Made by a program: the position numbers and the translations under genes
Notes under the pieces: generated by a model
What the model saw: the letters and a program-made list of their open reading frames with translations, nothing else
Database searches by the model: none
What the model was told of the DNA's origin: nothing
Shown: positions 53,827-63,465 of the stretch, piece by piece
Layout of the letters: each line of letters begins with the position of its first letter
How positions within the stretch are numbered: position 1 is the stretch's first letter
Assembly (NCBI GenBank): GCA_038078615.1
Contig: JBBTWT010000007.1
Coordinates: 1,060-65,059 of the forward strand
DNA from: Patescibacteria group bacterium
Lineage (GTDB): Bacteria; Patescibacteriota; Minisyncoccia; Moranbacterales; UBA1568
Direction of reading: 5' to 3'
DNA: 64,000 nt

Positions 53827-54621
53827 ATGAAGGGCATTATTCTCGCCGGAGGGACCGGTACGCGGCTTCTGCCGCTCACCGCGACGACATCGAAGCAGCT
53901 GCTTCCGGTCTATGATCGGCAGATGATTTTCTATCCGCTCAATACGCTGATCAAAGGCGGGATTCGCGACATCCTGGTCATCGTGGCGCCGGATCATTCG
54001 GGACATTTCCTCAACTTGCTCGGCTCGATGTTCTCCAAACTGGGTGTCAATATCTCGTTCGTAGTACAGAAATCCCCGCACGGACTGGCGGAGGCGTTCA
54101 TTCTGGGCGAGGATTTCCTCGATAACGATTCAGTGACGATGGTGCTCGGTGACAATGTCTTCGAAGATGATTTCACCGAGGCGATCACAACGTTCAAAAG
54201 TGGGGGGAGGATATTCGCCAAGGAAGTGACGGATCCGGAACGGTTCGGCGTGGTGGAGTTCGATGCGAATCATAAGGTCGTGTCTATCGAGGAAAAACCG
54301 ACGCAACCGAAGAGCCGGTTCGCTATCCCGGGAGTATATATTTTCGACAATCAGGTGTCCCGTATCGCGCGCGAAGCCAAGCCGTCGGAACGCGGAGAGT
54401 TCGAAATCACCTCGATCCATAACGCATATCTCGCGCAGGGCGCTCTGGATGTGCGTATCATTGAGGGAGGATGGTTCGACGCGGGGACATTCGACTCACT
54501 TCTGGAGGTGAGCAACTTTGTCAAAGAAAAAAAATTAACAGAGACATTCGATCCGATCGTCAACGAAGCTATTCTGGCCTTTAATGATGAATTCAAAAAG
54601 ATTGTTTCTTTGATAAGATAA
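53827..54621 (+). CDS. rfbA: Glucose-1-phosphate thymidylyltransferase (short form)
   Basis: GIILAGGTGTRLLPLTATTSKQLLPVYD. Confidence 0.88.
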   Translation: MKGIILAGGTGTRLLPLTATTSKQLLPVYDRQMIFYPLNTLIKGGIRDILVIVAPDHSGHFLNLLGSMFSKLGVNISFVVQKSPHGLAEAFILGEDFLDNDSVTMVLGDNVFEDDFTEAITTFKSGGRIFAKEVTDPERFGVVEFDANHKVVSIEEKPTQPKSRFAIPGVYIFDNQVSRIAREAKPSERGEFEITSIHNAYLAQGALDVRIIEGGWFDAGTFDSLLEVSNFVKEKKLTETFDPIVNEAILAFNDEFKKIVSLIR

Positions 54622-54641
54622 TTTTTCAAAATTTCAGATAT

Positions 54642-55529
54642 ATGCATACCGATCAGCCGAGAAAGATAAAAAAAGCCATCCTGCCGGTCGCGGGATTCGG
54701 GACGCGGTTTCTGCCGGCGACCAAGGCGCAGCCCAAGGAGATGCTCCCCGTCGTCGACAAGCCGGTGGTGCAGTATCTCGTGGAGGAAGCGGTCGCGTCC
54801 GGCATCGAGGAGATCATTTTCGTCACGGGGCGCGGCAAGCGGGCGATCGAGGATCACTTCGACGTCTCGTACGAGCTCGAGGATACGCTCGTGGAGAAGA
54901 ACCGGCATGATCTGCTCGAGACGGTGCAGAAGATCTCCAGCCTCGCGCGATTCTCCTATGTGCGCCAGCCGGTGCCGCTCGGCGACGGGCACGCGCTCCT
55001 GCAGGCCGCGCATCTCGTCGACGATGACGAATCGGTGCTCGTGATCTTCGGCGACTGCATCTATGACAGCGCCGTACCGGCATCGCGGCAGATGATCGAG
55101 GCGTACGAGAAGTATCAGGCGCCGATCATCGGACTTTCGGAAGTGGCGCTGGAAGACGTGTCGAAATTCGGCGTGATCGCCGGGGAACAGATCGGGGACA
55201 AGGATTGGAAAGTATCGCGTATCGTGGAGAAACCAGAGCCGGCAGCGGCGCCGAGCCGAGCGGTAGCGGTGGGGAAGTACATCATCACGCGCGACGTGTT
55301 CGATACGCTCGCCACGATGAATCACGGCAAGTCCGGCGAGATCCGCTTGGCGGATGCGTTCGAACTTATGCTGGAGCAGGGCAGGCCGATCTACGGGCGC
55401 ATGCTCGAAGGGGAGTGGCTCGATACCGGCGACAAGTTCAATTTCCTGCGCGCCACGATCTCTCTCGGGCTGAAGCATCCGGAAATAGGGGAGAAACTGC
55501 GAGGCTATCTGAAAGGGCTGTCGCTGTAG
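54642..55529 (+). CDS. galU: UTP--glucose-1-phosphate uridylyltransferase
   Basis: KAILPVAGFGTRFLPATKAQPKEMLPVVDKP and VEKP motifs. Confidence 0.9.
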   Translation: MHTDQPRKIKKAILPVAGFGTRFLPATKAQPKEMLPVVDKPVVQYLVEEAVASGIEEIIFVTGRGKRAIEDHFDVSYELEDTLVEKNRHDLLETVQKISSLARFSYVRQPVPLGDGHALLQAAHLVDDDESVLVIFGDCIYDSAVPASRQMIEAYEKYQAPIIGLSEVALEDVSKFGVIAGEQIGDKDWKVSRIVEKPEPAAAPSRAVAVGKYIITRDVFDTLATMNHGKSGEIRLADAFELMLEQGRPIYGRMLEGEWLDTGDKFNFLRATISLGLKHPEIGEKLRGYLKGLSL

Positions 55530-55575
55530 CGGCGCACCTGTCCGGTTCTTTTTCAAGAAATTTCAGCGATACGCT

Positions 55576-56286
55576 ATGTACTGGGTATACCTCGCCATAT
55601 TCATTCTCGTCATTTTCACGCCGAAAGTCATTCGGGACGGGTTTTTTTTCCTTCGCGAAGAGGATGTGGAAGCGCTGATCATCTTCGGTTTCGGCATCTT
55701 CGGTTTTATGCTCTATCTGGTCAAAGAGAAAGCTCTTTTGCGCGTTTTCCAGGAGAAACTCCGTCTGCAGAAAAAAACCAATACCATCACGAGAGACTTA
55801 TCCGATTCTTATTCGTATATCGGGGAAATGAATCGGAAATTCGATATCGTGAAAGAGCTCATTTTTTTTCTTCCGAAAAATACGGCGGAGGCGCTCGCGA
55901 ACGGACAAAAAGAAACATACCGATCGATCATCCAAGCAGTGAAACTCCTTTCCAAAACAGAGCCGGTATCGCTCCGTTTCGTAAATATGAAAACGAAGAA
56001 GATCGAGAAAACAGTGGAAAACGGCTCCGGCGGATTGTTCGCTCATTTCGATGGGGAAATACTGCTGGCATCGAAGAAGACGTTTTGGGAAGAGCGCGAC
56101 TGCGCTATCGCGCGCTCTCCGTATCAGGCGAAGAATATGCTGGCCTATATCATTTTCCCCAAAGTGACGAACCGCGTAGAAGATGTGGAGGTTCTCAAAA
56201 TTCTCGCGTCGCAGGCGCTGTTCCTGTTTTCCGTCAATCTGTACGGAGGAACGGGAGAAAAGCCCGGCGTCTCCGCAACGAAATAA
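55576..56286 (+). CDS. Hypothetical membrane protein
   Basis: Two N-terminal TM segments followed by a soluble domain. No recognisable motif. Confidence 0.5.
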   Translation: MYWVYLAIFILVIFTPKVIRDGFFFLREEDVEALIIFGFGIFGFMLYLVKEKALLRVFQEKLRLQKKTNTITRDLSDSYSYIGEMNRKFDIVKELIFFLPKNTAEALANGQKETYRSIIQAVKLLSKTEPVSLRFVNMKTKKIEKTVENGSGGLFAHFDGEILLASKKTFWEERDCAIARSPYQAKNMLAYIIFPKVTNRVEDVEVLKILASQALFLFSVNLYGGTGEKPGVSATK

Positions 56287-56291
56287 CACGT

Positions 56292-57476
56292 ATGCGCATA
56301 GGGATTGACGCCCGTTTTTACGGCTCGGTCGGCAAAGGACTTGGCCGGTACACCGAAAAACTCATCGAACGCCTGGAGGCGCTTGATACGGATAATGACT
56401 ATGTCGTCTTTTTGCGGCGAGAGAATTTCGACGAGTATGCGCCGAAAAACGCGCGTTTCAAAAAAATTCTCGTTGCTTATCCGTGGTACAGCTTTTCCGA
56501 GCAATTTTTGTTTCCGCTGAGACTGCTTTCTTTTCGTCTGGATATCATGCATTTTCCTCATTTCAATGTCCCGTTTTTGTACCCGAAGAGATTCGTGGTG
56601 ACCATCCATGACTTGATCCTTTTGCATTACCCGACGTTCCAAAGCACGACGCATACGGCGCTTTTTTATCGGATCAAATTTGCGGCGTATCGTCTGACCA
56701 TAGCCTCCGCTATTCGCCGAGCGAGGCATATCATCACCGTCTCGCATTTTACCGAGCAAGACATACTGACTCGGTATCCGGCGGCGCGTGGGAAAATATC
56801 CGTGACCTATGAAGCCGCCGATCTGTTGTGTCAGTTTCTTTCCCAGGATCAGGAACGGATGCTGCTCGATCGACTCGGACTACTGAGAGAGGCGCCGGCA
56901 GAGATTCGCGGGGGAAACATACGTGATATACTGCATCCATACCTCCTGTATGTGGGGAACGCGTATCCGCACAAGAATCTCGAAGCTATTGTGCGGATCG
57001 CTCCTCTTTTTCCGGCGTATATGTTTGTGTTGGTCGGCAAGGAAGACTATTTCTATGCGCGCCTCAAAAAAATAGCACAGGAGCAAAGAGCGCAGAATGT
57101 CATTTTTGCGGGCTTCGTCAATGATCGCGGACTGGGCACTCTCTACCGCTACGCCCTCTGTTATATTTTTCCGTCGTTTTATGAGGGTTTCGGATTGCCG
57201 CCGCTTGAGGCGATGGCGCGCGGATTGCCGGTACTTGCTTCCCGCACCGGGTCGCTTCCGGAAATTCTCGGCGAGGCCGCCCGGTACTTCGATCCCCATA
57301 CGGCAGGGTCGTTCGGGAAAGAGCTCGCAGAAATTCTCAGTTCGGAAGCGGTACGTATGGAGCTATCCGTCCGCGGGCATCGCCAGATAGCTCGGTATAG
57401 TTGGGAACGGATGGCGGTCGAAACGCTCGATCTCTACATCTCGAGTATCAAAAACAAGCGTCGTGACAGCGCTTGA
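56292..57476 (+). CDS. Glycosyltransferase family 4 (GT-B, GT1 clan)
   Basis: MRIGIDARF start and the C-terminal EGFGLPPLEAMA motif. Start moved from 56085 to ATG 56292. Confidence 0.85.
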   Translation: MRIGIDARFYGSVGKGLGRYTEKLIERLEALDTDNDYVVFLRRENFDEYAPKNARFKKILVAYPWYSFSEQFLFPLRLLSFRLDIMHFPHFNVPFLYPKRFVVTIHDLILLHYPTFQSTTHTALFYRIKFAAYRLTIASAIRRARHIITVSHFTEQDILTRYPAARGKISVTYEAADLLCQFLSQDQERMLLDRLGLLREAPAEIRGGNIRDILHPYLLYVGNAYPHKNLEAIVRIAPLFPAYMFVLVGKEDYFYARLKKIAQEQRAQNVIFAGFVNDRGLGTLYRYALCYIFPSFYEGFGLPPLEAMARGLPVLASRTGSLPEILGEAARYFDPHTAGSFGKELAEILSSEAVRMELSVRGHRQIARYSWERMAVETLDLYISSIKNKRRDSA

Positions 57477-57554
57477 AATTCTATCGTTTGTCCCAAGGGA
57501 AAACTCATTTTCACCTGAGGACTCGCTAGGAATTATAAAAAATAAACAGATATC

Positions 57555-59813
57555 ATGCCTTTTTTTCATCCAGAGCGATCTCCCCATCTTTCCGATATCC
57601 GCCCGCCTAGACTCGGATTCGGCGAGGCTGGACCGGTTTCTCGGCCGCAAGTTTCTGCGTGGCCGGAAGCGGAACTCGGGAAAATAGAGGAATGGTATGT
57701 TCCCGACCCGCCCAGACTTCCGCCTCGATTCGGCGAAGCGGACGGCGAAGCTGACCAGCCGCAAGCTCCCCTGTATGATTTTCAGCCGACACACTTCCCT
57801 CAGAACGGACATCCTTTCGAGAGAATACTATTTCTGTTCAAACACACCCGACACTCCGCTATCATTGTTCTTTCTGTCTTTCTGGTGCTGGGGGGAGTTT
57901 TTTTTGCGGTTCGAAAAATCATAGAAATGAAGCAATCCGTGATCCACAATGGCGCGAGCGGTTATGAGAATCTCACTCTCGCCGTGGAAAGTATGCAGGC
58001 TGAGCGTTTTGGCGGGTCACTCAGTCATTTCAATGAGGCCTATCAGGCATTTTCTCGCGGCGCGGATGATCTCTCTGTATGGGGGAGCTCGCTTTTTGAT
58101 CTTCTGCGTTTCGTACCGGGGCTTTCCAAGATATCTTCGGGGCAATACGCGCTGGAAGCGGGGAGGCATTTCGCTTTGGCCGGCATTCCGCTTGCCAGAA
58201 TAGCGGAAGAACTCTCTTTTTCCAAAGAGGCCTATGCGCAAGGGGAAAAAATTTCGTTGCTCAATTTCCTCAAGCGAATCAGAATGCCGCTGGAAGAAGC
58301 ACTCGTCGAACTCGAGGCCGGAAATCAGGCGCTCGAGCGGGTGGATATCAGGGATATTCCCGAGGAGAAACAGGATCAATTCTTATCGATGAAGCGGAAC
58401 CTGCCGACATTTATCGGGCTTGTCAGAAGTTTCAATCAGCAGGAAGCGCTTCTGGAAGAGCTTTTGGGTGGCAACGGACCGCGCAAATATCTTTTTCTTC
58501 TCCAAAATAATCACGAGATGCGCGCGACCGGAGGGTTCATCGGGAGCTACGCGCTGATGGACGTGAATGACGGAGTGGTGCGGCGTTTTTTCGTCGATGG
58601 CATATTCAATCCGGATGGCCAATTGAAAGAAAAAATCGTCCCGCCGAAAGCGATACAGAAAGTAAGCACGAACTGGAGCCTGCATGACAGCAACTGGTTT
58701 CCGGATTTTCCCGTATCGGCGGAGAAAGCCATATTCTTCTATGAAAAGACCGGCGGTCCGACGGCGGACGGGGTCATCACGCTTACGCCGACGGTGATGC
58801 AGAAACTGCTTGCCGTGATCGGGCCGATGACGCTGCCCCAGTATGGACTTACGGTGGACGCGGATAACTTTATCCCGGTTATCCAGGAGCAGGTAGAAGT
58901 GGGCTACGACAAAGAAGAGAACCAGCCAAAAAAGGTACTCGCGGATCTTACGGCGCTTTTGATTGAAAAAGTGTTTTCGCTGCAGGATGAAACGACACTC
59001 TACAAGATCGCGGAAGCGTTCGTCGAGGGGTTGGATGAAAAACAAGTGCTGCTCTATATGCGCCACGATGAAACGCAGGCGCTCATCGATGAGGCGGGCT
59101 GGTCGGGACGGATACTGCCGGCATCGAAGGATTATCTCTCCGTCATCCATACCAATATCAACGGATACAAGACGGATGGTGTCATCGACGAGACCATCAG
59201 GCACAGAGCCGAGATCGGTACGGATGGTTCCATCATCGATATCGTGACCATCACCCGTACGCATCGCGGCGGACATACGCCGTACGAGTGGTGGAACAAG
59301 GTGAATGCGGATTATCTGCGCGTGTATGTTCCGGAAGGCTCGGAGCTTCTGTCAGCCAAGGGGGGGACGTGGGAATTTCCGGAGGCTCCGCTCGATTATA
59401 CGGCGCTCGGTTTCCGTCGCGATGCCGATGTGGAACTCGAGGAGAGTGGCATCCTCATCGATGAAAAAAGCGGAACGCGCGTGTATCGGGATGCCGGCAA
59501 GACCGTCTTCGGCGCGTGGGTGTATGTCAGCCCGCAGGAATCCGTGACGGTGGAATACCGTTATCGGTTGCCGTTTACGATCGATATGGGTGCCATACGG
59601 CAGGGAGGAGCCGATTCGTACGCCGCCCTCTATCAGAAACAGTCCGGATCGATCGGCAGCAGACTGTTCGCGTCCGTGATCGTGCCGGACAGCATCGAGC
59701 CGATTTGGCAGACCGGAGAGAATCTGATACCGTACGGACGTGAATGGAAACTTGAAACAAAGCTCTCAACCGACGCGTTCGCCGGTATGGTTTTCAGCGC
59801 TGTAAAAAAATAG
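57555..59813 (+). CDS. DUF4012 domain membrane protein
   Basis: Pro-rich N-terminus, a single TM, then LLLQNNHEMRATGGFIGSYA, typical of DUF4012. Confidence 0.7.
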   Translation: MPFFHPERSPHLSDIRPPRLGFGEAGPVSRPQVSAWPEAELGKIEEWYVPDPPRLPPRFGEADGEADQPQAPLYDFQPTHFPQNGHPFERILFLFKHTRHSAIIVLSVFLVLGGVFFAVRKIIEMKQSVIHNGASGYENLTLAVESMQAERFGGSLSHFNEAYQAFSRGADDLSVWGSSLFDLLRFVPGLSKISSGQYALEAGRHFALAGIPLARIAEELSFSKEAYAQGEKISLLNFLKRIRMPLEEALVELEAGNQALERVDIRDIPEEKQDQFLSMKRNLPTFIGLVRSFNQQEALLEELLGGNGPRKYLFLLQNNHEMRATGGFIGSYALMDVNDGVVRRFFVDGIFNPDGQLKEKIVPPKAIQKVSTNWSLHDSNWFPDFPVSAEKAIFFYEKTGGPTADGVITLTPTVMQKLLAVIGPMTLPQYGLTVDADNFIPVIQEQVEVGYDKEENQPKKVLADLTALLIEKVFSLQDETTLYKIAEAFVEGLDEKQVLLYMRHDETQALIDEAGWSGRILPASKDYLSVIHTNINGYKTDGVIDETIRHRAEIGTDGSIIDIVTITRTHRGGHTPYEWWNKVNADYLRVYVPEGSELLSAKGGTWEFPEAPLDYTALGFRRDADVELEESGILIDEKSGTRVYRDAGKTVFGAWVYVSPQESVTVEYRYRLPFTIDMGAIRQGGADSYAALYQKQSGSIGSRLFASVIVPDSIEPIWQTGENLIPYGREWKLETKLSTDAFAGMVFSAVKK

Positions 59814-59814
59814 T

Positions 59815-61470
59815 ATGGTCAGACGATGGGTAGACAATTTCACTTTTTGGAGCCATGCTCCCAGCAAGACGATCGGGGGAGCCGCTTTGCTTATAGCGAT
59901 AGCCGGCATAGTGAGCCGCGTGCTCGGATTCCTGCGTGACCGCATTTTGGCGTCGCAATTCGGCGCCGGCGATGTTCTGGACGCTTACTATGCCGCTTTC
60001 CGTATCCCGGACTTGATGTACAGTCTCCTGGTTCTGGGCGCGCTCTCCGCGGCGTTCATTCCTGTATTTACCGGACTCCTGAGTGAGAAAAAAGAAGACG
60101 AGGCGTGGAAACTGACTTCGGGGATGTTGCATCTGCTTCTGTTTTCGATCGGGGGGCTGTCGCTGTTCGGCATCGTTTTCGCGCCATGGCTGACGGGGTT
60201 CATCGCGCCAGGATTCGCTCCGGAGAAGAAAGAGCTTGTTATTCTGTTGACGCGCGTCATGCTGCTTTCTCCGATCTTTCTTGCGATGAGCGCGGTGTTC
60301 GGGGGAGTGCTCATCTCTTTCAAGCGATTTGCCGCGTATTCCTTCGCGCCGGTTTTCTATAATATCGGCATTATCTGCGGGATACTTTTTATCGTCCCGT
60401 TTCTGGGGCCGGTCGGTTTGGCGTGGGGAGTCGTGCTCGGGTCGTTTTTCCATATGCTGGTGCAGTACCCGGCGCTCCGGCGTTCGGGATTCCATTATCA
60501 GCTGTATTTCCTCCATGCGTGGAGGGACAAAGCCGTGCGTCGTGTCACGAAGCTGATGATCCCGCGTTCGCTCGGCATGGCGGTCAATCAGGTGAGCCTG
60601 CTCGTGATGACGATCTTCGCCTCGACGCTCGCTTCCGGCAGTCTGGCAGTCTTCACGCTCGCGAACAACATCCAGAGCGTACCTCTCGGACTGTTCGGCA
60701 TCGCATTCTCGCTCGCCGTGTTTCCATCGCTCTCCCTGTTCATCGCGGAGAAGAAAGAAGCAGCGTTTTTTACGACTTTGTCGCGGACGGCGCGGCGCAT
60801 CCTCTTTTTTGTCCTGCCGCTCAGCATCTTCATGATCATCTTCCGTGCTCAGTTCGTGCGCGTCATTCTCGGCGCCGGACAGTTCGACTGGGAGGACACC
60901 ATCCTCACGTTTGAGGTGTTGAAATTCCTCTCCATCAGCCTGTTCGCGCAGAGCCTGATACCGCTGTTCGCGCGCGCGTTTTTCGCCCTGCAGGACACCA
61001 GGACGCCGCTCTACATCGCGCTCGCGAGCGAAGCGCTCCATATCGCGCTCATTCCGATCCTCTTGCCGCAGTATGCCGTGGAGGGTTTGGCCATCGCTTT
61101 TTCGGCGAGCAGCATCCTGAACTGCGCGCTGCTTTATTTCGCCTTGCGTAGGAAAATAGCCGCATGGAACGACCGTGTATTCCTGTCGCCGATGCTGAAG
61201 ATCCTGATTGCGGCACTGATCGCCGGCGCCATCGCGCAGGCTTCCAAATCAGTCTTCGCGCTCACGACCAATGAGCTCGATACGTTCGTCGAGGTGTTCT
61301 TGCAGCTCATCACGGGACTCGCGATCGGCGGAGTATCGTTCGTCGCGGTGTGCCACTGGTTCCGGATAGATGAACTGCGGATGGTCAGGCGCTTCATCGT
61401 CTGCAAAGTTCTGCGCCAGCCGGAAACCGCCGCTCTTGCCGAAGACCACCCGGAACGCGGCGACTGGTAA
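59815..61470 (+). CDS. murJ: Lipid II flippase MurJ (MviN)
   Basis: RVLGFLRDRILASQFGAG...DAYYAAFRIPDL N-terminal signature and about 14 TM segments. Confidence 0.9.
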   Translation: MVRRWVDNFTFWSHAPSKTIGGAALLIAIAGIVSRVLGFLRDRILASQFGAGDVLDAYYAAFRIPDLMYSLLVLGALSAAFIPVFTGLLSEKKEDEAWKLTSGMLHLLLFSIGGLSLFGIVFAPWLTGFIAPGFAPEKKELVILLTRVMLLSPIFLAMSAVFGGVLISFKRFAAYSFAPVFYNIGIICGILFIVPFLGPVGLAWGVVLGSFFHMLVQYPALRRSGFHYQLYFLHAWRDKAVRRVTKLMIPRSLGMAVNQVSLLVMTIFASTLASGSLAVFTLANNIQSVPLGLFGIAFSLAVFPSLSLFIAEKKEAAFFTTLSRTARRILFFVLPLSIFMIIFRAQFVRVILGAGQFDWEDTILTFEVLKFLSISLFAQSLIPLFARAFFALQDTRTPLYIALASEALHIALIPILLPQYAVEGLAIAFSASSILNCALLYFALRRKIAAWNDRVFLSPMLKILIAALIAGAIAQASKSVFALTTNELDTFVEVFLQLITGLAIGGVSFVAVCHWFRIDELRMVRRFIVCKVLRQPETAALAEDHPERGDW

Positions 61471-61478
61471 TATTTCAG

Positions 61479-61516
61479 AGTCTTACTTTTTATGCAATTG
61501 CATAAAAAGTAAGACT
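61479..61516. repeat. Perfect AT-rich palindrome, copy 2 of 2
   Basis: agt-CTTACTTTTTATGCAATTGCATAAAAAGTAAG-act. The flanks differ from copy 1 but are still self-complementary. Confidence 0.95.
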
Positions 61517-61536
61517 TCTCTCGGAGGCTGATTTTT

Positions 61537-63390
61537 ATGAGACAACAGAACATCCGCAATTTCTGCATCATAGCCCATATCGATCACGGGAAGTCCACGC
61601 TGGCCGACCGCCTGCTTGAGCTGACGAAAACCGTGGAGATGCGCAAGATGAAGGAACAGCTTCTGGATCAGATGGATCTCGAGCGCGAGCGCGGCATCAC
61701 GATCAAGCTGCAGCCGGTGCAGATGCATTACAAAGTCAAAAGTCAAAAGTCAAAAGTCAAAAGTGACAAGAGCGGGGGCGAAGAGGAAGAAGTTGAATAT
61801 ACTTTGAATCTGATCGATACGCCGGGACACGTGGACTTCCATTACGAGGTGTCCAGGTCGCTGGCGGCCGTCGAAGGCGCGGTGCTGCTCGTCGACGCGA
61901 CCAAGGGCGTGCAGGCGCAGACGCTCGCCAACCTGTACCTGGCGATCGGCCAGGGGCTGACGATCATTCCGGTCGTGAACAAGATAGACTTGCCCAACGC
62001 GGAGACGGAAAAGGTGAAAAAAGAGATCGTGCATATTCTGGGCTGCAAGGAGGAAGACATACTGCTCGCGTCCGGGAAAACCGGTATGGGCGTGCAGGCA
62101 TTGCTCGAGCGCGTGATCGAGCGTGTGCCCGCACCGGAGGGAGACGAAGCCAAGCCGCTTCGCGCGCTCATTTTCGACTCCATCTACAATACGTACAAAG
62201 GAGTGGTGGCGTACGTGAAAGTGGTGGACGGAACCGTGAAACGCGATGATGCTCTCCATATGCTCGGGACGGAAAAAGAAGGCGTGACGGTGGAAGTCGG
62301 CCTGTTTAAGCCGGGTCTGGTACCGACGGATATCCTGCGCGCCGGTGACATCGGCTATATTGCGACCGGATTGAAAGCGGTCGGGGATTGCCGCGTCGGC
62401 GATACGGTGACGTGGAAACCGCGGGAACGCGCGCCTATCGTCGTCGAACGATTGCCCGGCTACAAGGAAATCCGACCGGCGGTCTATGCGAGTTTCTATC
62501 CCGTGGACGGCGATGACTATACGCTGATGCGCGACGCGCTCGAAAAGCTGAAACTCAACGATGCGGCATTCACCTTCGAGCCGGAAAGCAATCAGGCGCT
62601 GGGTCGCGGTTTCCGCTGCGGTTTCCTGGGACTCCTGCACCTCGAGATCATCCAGGCGCGGCTCGAGCGCGAGTTCGGTCTCACTCCGACGATCACGACG
62701 CCGTCGGTCGTGTATGAACTCGCACTCCGCGGAGACGACAGGCGCATCCCGCTGTATTCGCCGGCCGCACTGCCGGATCCGGCCAGTATCGAGAAGATAT
62801 ATGAGCCGTATGTCGCCCTCTCGATCGTGGCACCGAGCGGGTATCTGGGAAACGTGATGGCGCTCGCTCAATCCATCCGCGCGGACTACAAGAATACGGA
62901 ATACATCGATGCCGAGCGTGTGTTGCTCACTTTCGAAGCGCCGCTGATGGATGTCATCATCAATTTTCACGATGATCTGAAAAGCGCCTCATCCGGCTAT
63001 GCCTCGATGAACTATGAGCCGATCGGCTACCGCGAGAGCGACGTCGTGAAGCTCGACATCCTGGTCGCCGATGAGCGTATCGATGCGTTCGCGCGCATGA
63101 TACCGAGGCGCGACGCCTATGCCGAGGGCAAACGCGTCGTCGAGAAGCTGAAAGAGGAGATCCCGCGCCAGAACTTCGCCGTGGCCATCCAGGCGGCTAT
63201 CGGCGGCAAGGTCATCGCCCGCGAGACGCTCTCCGCCTACCGCAAGGACGTCACCGGCAAGCTGTACGGGGGGGATTTTTCCCGCAAGAAGAAGCTGCTC
63301 GAGAAACAAAAGAAAGGCAAAAAAAAGATGCGCGATATCGGCAAAGTCTCCATTCCGAGTCATGCTTTTCTGGCAGTCTTGAGAAAGTAA
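61537..63390 (+). CDS. lepA: Elongation factor 4
   Basis: IRNFCIIAHIDHGKSTLADR, DTPGHVDF, NKIDL and the LepA C-terminal domain. 15-aa insertion encoded by heptamer repeats. Confidence 0.95.
   Translation: MRQQNIRNFCIIAHIDHGKSTLADRLLELTKTVEMRKMKEQLLDQMDLERERGITIKLQPVQMHYKVKSQKSKVKSDKSGGEEEEVEYTLNLIDTPGHVDFHYEVSRSLAAVEGAVLLVDATKGVQAQTLANLYLAIGQGLTIIPVVNKIDLPNAETEKVKKEIVHILGCKEEDILLASGKTGMGVQALLERVIERVPAPEGDEAKPLRALIFDSIYNTYKGVVAYVKVVDGTVKRDDALHMLGTEKEGVTVEVGLFKPGLVPTDILRAGDIGYIATGLKAVGDCRVGDTVTWKPRERAPIVVERLPGYKEIRPAVYASFYPVDGDDYTLMRDALEKLKLNDAAFTFEPESNQALGRGFRCGFLGLLHLEIIQARLEREFGLTPTITTPSVVYELALRGDDRRIPLYSPAALPDPASIEKIYEPYVALSIVAPSGYLGNVMALAQSIRADYKNTEYIDAERVLLTFEAPLMDVIINFHDDLKSASSGYASMNYEPIGYRESDVVKLDILVADERIDAFARMIPRRDAYAEGKRVVEKLKEEIPRQNFAVAIQAAIGGKVIARETLSAYRKDVTGKLYGGDFSRKKKLLEKQKKGKKKMRDIGKVSIPSHAFLAVLRK
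61734..61768 (+). repeat. Heptanucleotide tandem repeat (AGTCAAA)x4 plus one degenerate unit inside lepA
   Basis: AGTCAAA four times (61734-61761), then AGTGACA. Encodes KSQKSKVKSD. Confidence 0.95.
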
Positions 63391-63430
63391 TCAGGAGTTA
63401 TGAGCACTGATGGTGTTCTCTCTGAAAATG

Positions 63431-63439
63431 TGCTACAAT
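63431..63439 (+). promoter_or_regulatory. Extended -10 promoter
   Basis: TGcTACAAT 27 nt upstream of ATG 63466. Confidence 0.45.
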
Positions 63440-63465
63440 TCACATAGTATTCTGGTAAGAATATC

